From Anthoceros angustus (Eukaryota > Plantae > Anthocerotophyta), in contig MU008169.1 of NCBI GenBank assembly GCA_010909165.1, positions 620,001 to 684,000 on the forward strand: DNA of 64,000 nucleotides, written 5' to 3'. A program made the translations under genes and the position numbers. Below are positions 54,720 through 64,000 of the stretch, piece by piece. How positions within the stretch are numbered: the first letter of the stretch is position 1; each line of letters opens with the position of its first letter. The notes under the pieces were generated by a model. It made no database searches and was not told the origin of the DNA. It was given only the letters and a program-made list of their open reading frames with translations.

Positions 54720-57480
54720 ACGTAGCTGCCTTGTGGTCTCATCTGCAGAAGTTGTTGTTGTTGTAGAGGGTTGTTTTCTTACTAGGAAGATTCGGGTTCG
54801 ATTTCCGATCTGTTGTTCCCGACTAACTTGTTCAGGCTTACAGTATGAATAGCAATCTGTATTTTATATAAGATCATGAATCTGGTTTGCTGTGAGCGGC
54901 CGCCAGCGGTTGAAAACGATTGATGAAACAAAACCTAGTTCTGATCAGGGCTCCGAGCCTTGCAGATTCCAGCCTACGCACGGGACGAAGGATGCTGGGA
55001 ACTTCCTCCTGCAGCAACTCCATGGCCTACCCCAAAGATTCCTATGCATAGTCGAATGCACAGCCGGCCATTCCCCGAACAATCGCTTTGCCAAAAGCAT
55101 CGGAAAAATGCAATTAGAGGAGGACGGGCGAATTCAGCATGGGCCTGCTGTCGCGCAGCCTACGACATTTCACTTAACCGGACGACGCGATTGCGCCACC
55201 ACCCCGCCGGCGTGAAAGAGTGCAGTTTCACGAGTGCCACTTTCCATCAATTTCAGACACGAAAAGGCAGTGATGCACGAAATTTGAGGAACACCACGTC
55301 CAGCGCAAAATGTGTTCCACCCAAATTTTCGATCCAAGATGCAATGCCACGGCCATGCACACTCTAGATTTAAAACAGGGACAGTCATGTGAGCCCACCG
55401 CTTGTTCCCATTTCAAGCTTCCAGAGTTATTAGGGAGCTGGTTTGAATGCCCAACGCAGTGCCTAGGACCTCGTCAGCTGGTACCAAGCTCGGCTTCACA
55501 GTCAGAAAGTTGGGCTGAGGTGAAGGCCAGAACCTGCTGGCCACATCTCCCATAGTAGCATCCTCAAGACGTAAAACAAGCAAGTTGTTCCGTCCTCACG
55601 AGGCTAAAGTTGACGTGACTTGTGTGCGATGTAAAGCCTGTCCACATGCTTCATTAGCATTAGATTGAACGAAGTCATCCCCGATTACTTGGATCACTGA
55701 CTTCTTCATGCCTGTTGTCCACGATAGCTCCTATACGAAGAGATTGATACCCATTCCTTGGCTACGGCCTTTCGACGATTTTCGATTTCGATTGTGTCGG
55801 CCGCAACCAGATGATACACAATCACCACCTTCTTCTCCTGTCCACACGAAAAGCCCTGCTCACCGCTTGACGAGTGACGCTGGGGTTAAACTCTGGCTCA
55901 GTAGTATGATCCTGGAGGCTGCAGTAAGGTTTACATCTTCCCACAAGCACAAGCCTTGATAGAGGCCAGAAGAACCCTCGAAGGGTCGTTCTTCGAGTTG
56001 AATCTCCTTAGGGTGGCTTTCCCATCAGCAATCAGAACTTTGTCTCCCAAGGCCCAGCTCTTGTGCTTTTGGAGGACGCTCTGTATTGCAGAGGTTGAAC
56101 ATTTTGCTGAAAATAATAAGCTTTTGTCCTGCCTTGTCACAAAGAGATAGGATCTGCATAACGAAATCGGCTTTCACACCCTTACTTGGATCCGAGGCTG
56201 TTCCGTCAAGATCAGGAAACTCAGCTGTGATCCGAGGCTGGTCCGTCGAGATCAGGAAACTCAGCTGTGTCCCAGTACTCGTCAGGGCAGAGGGACGGGT
56301 GAACAGTCACTGATGTTGTCTCCGAAGTAAGCTTAAACTTGCCACTTTTACCGCTGCACTTTGACTGCACTTTTGCCACCAGGTCCGCTTGCAAAGGCTG
56401 CAGCTTCATATGAACAACAAACTCGTATAGTCCTAGAAGAGACCTCAGCTGATCACCTTCATGGGAGTCTACAAAACAAGTTGTTCCGTCCTCACGAGGC
56501 TAAAGTTGACGTGACTTGTGTGCGATGTAAAGCCTGTCCACATGCTTCATTAGCATTAGATTGAACGAAGTCATCCCCGATTACTTGGATCACTGACTTC
56601 TTCATGCCTGTTGTCCACGATAGCTCCTATACGAAGAGATTGATACCCATTCCTTGGCTACGGCCTTTCGACGATTTTCGATTTCGGTTGTGTCGGCCGC
56701 AACCAGATGACACACAATCACCACCTTCTTCTCCTGTCCACACGAAAAGCCCTGCTCACCGCTTGACGAGTGACGCTGGGGTTAAACTCTGGCTCAGTAG
56801 TATGATCCTGGAGGCTGCAGTAAGGTTTACATCTTCCCACAAGCACAAGCCTTGATAGAGGCCAGAAGAACCCTCGAAGGGTCGTTCTTCGAGTTGAATC
56901 TCCTTAGGGTGACTTTCCCATCAGCAATCAGAACTTTGTCTCCCAAGGCCCAGCTCTTGTGCTTTTGGAGGACGCTCTGGATGTATTGCAGGTTTGAACA
57001 TTTTGCTGAAAATAATAAGCTTTTGTCCTGCCTTGTCACAAAGAGATAGGATCTGCATAACGAAATCAGCTTACACCCTTACTTGGATCCGAGGCTGTTC
57101 CGTCAAGATCAGGAAACTCAGCTGTGATCCGAGGCTGGTCCGTCGAGATCAGGAAACTCAGCTGTGTCCCAGTACTCGTCAGGGCAGAGGACGGGTGAAC
57201 AGTCACTGATGTTGTCTCCGAAGTAAGCTTAAACTTCACTTTTACCGCTGCACTTTGATTGCACTTTTGCCACCAGGTCCGCTTGCAAAGGCTGCAGCTT
57301 CATATGAACAACAAACTCGTATAGTCCTAGAAGAGACCTCAGCTGATCACCTTCATGGGAGTCTACAAAACAAGGTTAGATTCCGCATGTTCAGTATACC
57401 CACATCTCTAGCGTTGTGATCTCCAGTCCTCTTCATAAAAGCAGATTTGGACTTCCAAAATTCTTCCTCGCAGCTTCCCA
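54720..57480 (-). pseudogene. Inverted SNF2 copy C: helicase C-terminal half with an 896-bp tandem duplication, 3' flank and tRNA-like remnant
   Basis: KLQPLQADLVAKVQSKCSGKS, LQKHKSWALGDKVL, KNDPSRVLLASIKAC. Identical ORFs at 55708 and 56604 give a period of 896. Confidence 0.92.
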
Positions 57481-57499
57481 GAATTATTCGGGTGCTGTT

Positions 57500-58860
57500 C
57501 TCAATCCCAACGCAGTAGCTAAGACCTCCTTAGCTGGTACCAAGCTCGGCTTCTGAGGCAGAAAGTTGGGCTGAGGTGAAAGCCAGAACTTGCTCGCCAG
57601 ATCTCCCATAGTAGCATCCTCAAGACGTAAAGGAGCAAGTTGGTCCCTTAACCACAGCACCGTACCCTCAGCAACATTACCTTGATCACCACAGGCTAAC
57701 GTTGACGTGACTTGTGTGCGATATAAAGCCTGTCCACATGCTTCGTTACAGAATTGACTGAAAGAAATCATCCCCACAATTACTTGGACCACTGACTTCT
57801 TCATCCGTGTTGTCGATTGTTTGAGACCCATTCCTCGCCTACTGTCAGTAGTTTCCAATCTCGATTGAGTCAGACGCAACCACATGATACACAATCACCT
57901 CTTTCTCCTGTCCCACACGAAAAGACCTACTCCCCGCTTCATGAATGTCGCTTGGGTTAAACTCTGGTTCCAGCAGTATGATCCCGGCAACTGCAATAAG
58001 GTTTATATCTTCTACACAAGCCTTGATAAAGGCTAGAAGAACCCTCGAAGCATCGTTCTTCAAGTTGAATGTCCTTTCCTTTCCCATCAGCAACACCGAG
58101 GAGCTGGCTGGAATGCCTTCTCCAGCCCAAGCAGATTGTTTTTCAACGTATTCCCAGATGCTCAACATCATTAGGCACCTGCACAAACACATGCATTCAG
58201 AACAAGACATAAAGGTTCAGACTTACCGCAACATATACAACCCATCAACACAAAGGTACAACACAGAATTGTTATAACACACGAGCTACAACACAAGTTA
58301 CCATAACATCCCACTACATAATCATTACAAGATATAAGCTATAACACAAGTTACCACAACGTCCCACTACAAGGAGTAGCTGTAATAGAGAGCTGCTCCA
58401 ACAAACAAGATCCAACATCATTTTTGGTGGGAAAGGCTTTAAAATATAGTCCCACATTACACAAGCTGACTTGCTACAACACACGAATAATCAAGAGTTG
58501 CTACATCAACGTAGAGACATTACCATACAGAGTAGGTACAATACAAAGTTCGCTACAACATAGAGACCCTTTACGGAAGGGGTGTTCCTTTGCAGAAGGG
58601 CCTTGAGAAACAAGAGAAACCTAAGAACATGACATGTTTTATAGCGTTGGTAGGCCGCCGGAAGTTCTCACGAAGTGTCTTAGGGTTGGTAGGCGAAGGA
58701 AGTTCTCGCAAATTGTTGTAGGGTTGGTAGGCGCAGGAAGTTTTCGCGAAGTGTTTTAGGGTTGGTAGGCACCAGTGGTTCTTGAGAAGTGTTTTAGGGT
58801 TGGTAAGCGGCCTGAAGCTTTTTGCGAATTTACGTTATAAGGTCAATAGCAGGGCGAAGG
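57500..58860 (-). pseudogene. Inverted SNF2 copy B: upstream repeat module fused by a large deletion to the last helicase motifs and 3' flank
   Basis: ORF 57845-58210: MLSIWEYVEKQ... joined to KNDASRVLLAFIKAC...LLEPEFNPS...SFRVGQEKEVIVYHVVA. TTAGGGTTGGTAGGCG repeats at 58640-58810. Confidence 0.88.
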
Positions 58861-59444
58861 TTTTTGGTCGAGATATTTTGTAATCGACCAGCCAGGAGAT
58901 TTTGTGGACCTAGGTGTTTCAAAGTCAATGAAACTTTGAGTGTTTAACATTTACTTTGAGTGTTTAATGGTAAATGATGACTTATTTGTTATAGGGTTGA
59001 TGAAACCAATCCTTACTTCGACTATCGTACTTCGAAGGGTGATTCGGTATTAATTAATTAAAATTAATAAAATTTGAAAATTTAGAAATTATTATACTTA
59101 AAATGCTGAATGTGTAAAACTTACGGGTTTAAGATGTTGAAAATAAGGAAAAGATAAAGAGCGAGTTATTTAGGGGAAGTCTATACATATCTATTAGTTC
59201 TATATAGATACCTATGTATTCTAATAAATGTTGAAATTTGATAACATTATTTTTCATAAAATTTGAAAATATAAATATTTATGTTGAACCTTAACTTTTC
59301 AAAAATAATTATTTTTATTTACTGTTGAACCACCCTCATGCGATAATCAAATCTTTCACCTTATGCTTCTACCACTTTGACTTGCTATCTCACTATTGAA
59401 AATTTTCTATGCAATCTAAATATATTAAGATATCATAATCTAAT

Positions 59445-59512
59445 TATAATATAATTATAATATATTATAATATATTATAATATATTATAATATAATTATA
59501 TAATAATTATAT
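59445..59512. repeat. AT-only minisatellite (TATAATATAT)n
   Basis: Seen directly. Confidence 0.9.
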
Positions 59513-59523
59513 ACAAGGTTAAC

Positions 59524-59600
59524 GCATATACCATTGTGATCTGGTGGTAGAGTGTTGCTTTCTTCCAAGAAGATGCGGGTTCGATTTCCGATCTATGTGT
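59524..59600 (+). pseudogene. Degenerate tRNA-like sequence (Glu/Gly-like); more decayed copies at about 54720-54812 (+) and about 46990-47030 (-)
   Basis: A-box-like TGATCTGGTGG and B-box GGTTCGATTTCC. Acceptor and anticodon stems do not pair. Confidence 0.55.
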
Positions 59601-60225
59601 TCCCGACTAACTTGTTCAGGTTTGCAATATGATATGAATAGCAATCTAGAGTTCATATAAGATAATGCATACGGTATCTTTGTGAGCCGGTTGAAAAGGA
59701 TTGATGAAACAAAACCTAGTTACGATCGGGGCTCGAGCCTTGCGGACATCGACCCTACGACGGGCGAAAGATGTTGGGAACTTCCTCTGCGGCAACTCCA
59801 GGCCTACCCCAAAGATTCCTATGCATATTCGAATGCAGTAGGCCATTCCGCTGTCGCTTTGCCAAAAGCATCGGAAAAGGCAACTAGAGGAGGACGGGTC
59901 GGCGTGGGCTGCTGTCGGCCCTCGGCTTCACTTCAAGCGATTAAACCGCGGCAAGCGCCCTCCTAAGCGCCACCACCCGGTAGGAGTGAGTGCGATCTCA
60001 CGAGTGCCACTTTCCATCAATTTTCGAGACCAGCGTTGATGCACGAATTTGGAGGGAACACCGTCCGGCGCAATGTGTTCCACCCAAATTTTCGATCCAA
60101 GATGCAATGCTACTGTGTACAATCAGGACGATATGTGAGCCCACCGCTTGTTCGATTTCAAGCTTCCAGAGTTATTAGGAGCTGCAGATGCCCAACGATT
60201 ACCTAGGACCTAAATCGGTGGTACC

Positions 60226-60416
60226 TGTGATTATGGTCGACGGATGCATCGAATCCGATAGATAGGCAATTCATGGTAGAGAACACAATGTAGTGTATCG
60301 GTGAGCGAGAATGTAAAGGAGGAGAATAAGCCGATTCGTGACGCCCAAATGTCGGTTCGTTTTCGAGGCTTAAAAGCGAAGCGTGCCCTAAGGGCTTGAG
60401 TGCTACAACTTCAACA
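60226..60416 (-). repeat. 3' LTR (191 bp) of the Copia element
   Basis: On the minus strand TGTTGA...TCACA, preceded by the polypurine tract AGTGGGAG (60417-60424). Homology to 54840-55483 stops at GGTACC 60225. Confidence 0.8.
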
Positions 60417-63400
60417 CTCCCACTTAGCATCTAGTCCTTAGGCTATGCACTTTTACATTGCTAAGAATTGAAGCTAATGTCCGAGACCTTGCTAAGTCCC
60501 ATGTTCTTCACGTGTTGTTGATGTTTGATAGAGCTAAGTGCTTTTGTAAGCACATCCGCTACCATGTGCCTGTTGGACAATAGAGAACGCAAACTTGCCT
60601 TCTTCAACCACTTGCCTTATGAAATGAAATTGTACCTCCACGTGCTTTGTTCGAGCATGGAACTTGGGTTATAGGTGAGTGAGATGGCACTTTGATTATC
60701 ACGAGCGCCTAGGAATCCTCCGGGTCTCGCCTAACTCGAAAGTTGGAGAAGTTGCGAGTCCATCCTTGCATGCGTGAGTCCAGCAATACTCACTCGGTTG
60801 AGTGAGTGCAACTACTTGCTTACTCCAGCTTGTTGTGCCTCCCAATAAATACGAGCTGCTTGTGCTTTTCTATCATCAATGTTGCCGGCCAAGCATCACT
60901 ATAGCCTTCAAGTTGTAGAGGTTCTCCTTGTTTGATATGTATGGTAGAGCAACCCTAAGTCAAGTTGCTCTTAGGTATCTAAATATCCTCTTAATGACCT
61001 TCCAATGAGCTTGAGTAGGAGCTGATAGGAATTGTGACAAGGCTCCCAGAATAGGACAGTCCGTGCGTGCAAACCATAAGGTACATAAGACTACCTACTG
61101 AGGAATAAGGAGGAGGAGTAGTGTCGAATCGTTGTCTGTTGATCCACCTCTTTGCTTAGCTTAAGGTTCATTTCCATGGGTGTTGAGATAGGCCTAGATT
61201 CTAACATCTTAAACTTTGTTAAGATTTCTTGAATATATTTTGATTGGTGAATGAGAATGCTTCTAGCCTTTCTATCCTTAAGACCTAAATGCCCAAGCAA
61301 AGGAAAGCTCTCTACAAGTGGTCATGGAGAAACGCTTAGCTAGCATAGATCTGGTCTCTTCTAGTATGGCCTTAGTGTTGGACATAAGAACTATATCGCT
61401 CACGTATACCCTAAGACGATAAAGTAAATGCTTGATCTTTTAATGTAGATATTACTTATCGAGTTTAACTTAGTGAAACCTAGTTCCTTAAGGCTGCCTA
61501 GCTTAAAATACCATTTCATAGCACTCTTAAGTCCGTATAAGGACTTTAATAGTAGGCATGCATTGTACTTTGTCCTATCCTTAATATATATCCCTTGGAA
61601 TCTCCATGTAGATGGTGTGGTCGAGATCTCCATATAAAAAGCGTCTTAATGTCAAGTTGCATTAGCTCATAGTCATGGTGAGATGCTAAGGCTAGGAGGA
61701 TCCTAAGTGAGGTTATCTTAAGCAGGGACTAAAAGTTTCATCATAATCAAAACCATATTTTTGAGAGTATCCCTTGGCTACTAATCTAGCCTTGTATCTC
61801 TCTATGCTACCGGCATTTAATTTGATCTTGAAGGTCCACTTAGATCCCACAAGTTGTCTATCCTTAGGTAGAGTAGTTAAAGTCCAAGTTTTATTGGCTT
61901 GTAGGGATTCTAGTTCGACGATTGCTTGTTTCAGTGTTCCTTTGTGGGCATGATGGCCTCGTAGTGGGAGGACAAAGCGATCTATAGCATTAAGACAATA
62001 TGCTAAATTGCTCTTGGGATCCCGATTAGTAGGAGAATATCTATGTATTTTACGCATTGAACGGTGAGATTGTCTACTAGGCTGGTTAGTGGCGGTGATT
62101 GTGGGATGTCCTCTTGCACATTTTGAAATAAGGGTCTAGAGTTCGGCCACAGGCATTTATATGTTGCATATCGAGTATTGTAATTAGAAAATCAGAAGAT
62201 AAATGCCTACTTGTTGTTGAGGTGTGCTTTTCGAAAGTCGGGTCAAGAGCATATTGTGAAAACTCAATGTCACTTGCCGATCCCGAATCGTCATGAGGCG
62301 TGCCCGTCATTGTTCGCTAACCGATCCGGTGTGTGGCCGATCGAGCTGCGGAACGGGAATCGCGTTGAAGGAGCTCAAGGACCGCCGGATTGAGAGCTGC
62401 GAGCCGCCCGCGCCGGTGGATTACAGGTCAAGAGCCCGTGTAGGTGCGGAGAGGTGTTGTGGCTGGAGATTCCGAGTTGGGGCGGATCGAAAATTTCGAG
62501 TCTCGAAAATGTCCCCTGCTTTGCTCGCGATTCGATTTCTGTTGATTTGATCGGTGGCTGCCGGTCCCCTCTCAATCGAAGGGCGTGAGCCTAAGGGGAG
62601 CTGAGGTGTTTGAGAGAGCCGGATCGGCAAAGTCGCCGAAAAGATGGTTTGTGGTGTGTCTGCAGGTGAAGGGAATGGCGAGGAGGTGCGGAGTGGTGGG
62701 GCACAGCCGAGACATGGGCGTACGTGGCCGGGGGAGCGGGTTGGTTAGGACCGTAAAAGTCCATGAGCCATCTTCATCATCACTTCTAGGTTGGTTGGGG
62801 CTCCCAGGCGTGGCGGATGTCCTCGAGGAAGGTGACGTGGAGTGGGTGACTTTGTGTGTTTGAGGGTGGATAATTTTGTAACCTTTGATCCGCCAAGAAA
62901 GCCAATGAATGTAAATTTCGTGCCTTGTGATCTAGTTTGGTTGGATTGCCTTAGGAATGTGCATAGGGGAACCAAAAATCAAGTGTAGAGAGATCGGGCT
63001 TGTGACCGCCTGTGCTTCATAGGAGTGCCAGCAGAGAGAGAAGAGGTTGTGGTGCGATTGCCGATGTAGACGGCATGCATTGCCTCCGCCAATAGGTTTT
63101 AGGAAGCTGGGCATGAATCATCATTGCCAAACCACAGTTCTGGATGGTCCGATTCATTCTTTCGCAACCCCATTTTGTTGGGATGTGTAAGGAGTGGTAA
63201 TTTGACGGTTGATACCATGTTCCTTGCAGTATGGGTGAATTGAGTAGAGCCATATTCTCCACCGCCGGATCTAAGGCATAATAAGGTATCGCCGCTTGCT
63301 TTTCGACGTCTTGTATTCCTTGAAGCATGGAAATGCTTGGGCCTTGGTCTTGTGATATATGACGGTATTGAGTGAAATCATCGATAATAAGCATGAAGTA

Positions 63401-64000
63401 GGTATAACCAAAGAGTGATTTATTGAAAGGCCCGATGTCGAGTGTACTAGTTGAAGGCGCTTGGTAGCTCTTGTGTTGGATGCCTTAGGAAAGGCTGAGC
63501 GATGGCTTTTGCCGAGGGAACATGCTTCACAAGTACCGAAGTCCTCAATTCTGGTGAGAGTAATGCCATGGGCTGCTTGTGTGTTGATCATCTCCTTCAT
63601 TTTCTGCAGATGCATATGCCCAAGCGGGCGTGCCAAAGGAAGGTCGATTTTGTTTCTCTGGCTCATTGTTAGAGAGGAAGGTGACTAACCCTTAGATGAT
63701 ATAGGTCATCATTTTAAGATCACCGGTGGCAATTAGATCGCCTTGAGGGGTTTCAATGACGCAGCGGCCATTGCCAAAACAAACATAACATCCTGCTTGA
63801 TCAACTTTTCGGAAAAGAGGTTTTGTTAGTCCAGAACTAAGAGGACATCCGAAATCTGCAGGTGGAGTGTTGCACATCGAGAGCAATGGAGCCATGGCAC
63901 GTAATATGATGTTTGGTGTTATCTCCAAGGTCGACAAAGTTGCCAGAGGTGTAACTTTGGTAAAATACTCCTATGGGGGTCTGAGGCTCCGAATCAATAT
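60226..64000 (-). mobile_element. Decayed Ty1/Copia LTR retrotransposon, extending beyond the window
   Basis: Minus-strand order: GAG-pre-integrase (LGHM...CEACSLGKSHR), integrase (IIDDFT, ERMNRTI), RT ([39 protein letters not shown]), RNase H (FHARTKHVEV, ADVLTKAL). Numerous frameshifts. Confidence 0.93.

Noticed and set aside
58640-58810. Interstitial telomere array
   Set aside because: TTAGGGTT occurs once per ~29-bp unit rather than as tandem TTTAGGG heptamers.
59524-59600. Functional tRNA gene or independent SINE family
   Set aside because: The cloverleaf does not close, and all three copies lie within the duplicated SNF2 3' flank, so segmental duplication explains them.

Overview
Eukaryotic nuclear DNA from a land plant with a compact genome and short (about 80-130 nt) GT-AG introns. 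It is most likely a hornwort such as Anthoceros; this is inferred from a DYW:KP/GRP-type PPR gene together with small introns and high gene density. The left half (1-36.5 kb) is gene-dense: AAPT, TANGLED1-like, a three-domain saposin plus its decayed duplicate, a PLS-E+ PPR, uL18-like, VMA21, OST5/TMEM258, CYP59, PsbS, an ~810-aa orphan ORF, tRNA-Pro and a PPR-DYW:KP gene, with two decayed CRE/Zepp-like non-LTR elements. The right half (37-64 kb) has a trihelix gene and one apparently intact DRD1/CLASSY-family SNF2 remodeler. These are followed by about 12 kb of direct and inverted, deleted copies of that remodeler, a decayed PPR copy and a decayed Copia element. Top leads: (1) a U-to-C-type editing factor fused to an OSB-type PDF ssDNA-binding motif, with near-identical 306-bp repeats that differ at the PPR-code residues; (2) an RdDM remodeler surrounded by its own inverted pseudo-copies, including a 28-bp-stem fold-back nearly identical to its exon, a possible small-RNA autoregulatory loop; (3) the GC-rich orphan ORF. 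Small deletions concentrated in repeats may be long-read consensus errors, so frameshift calls need read-level checks.
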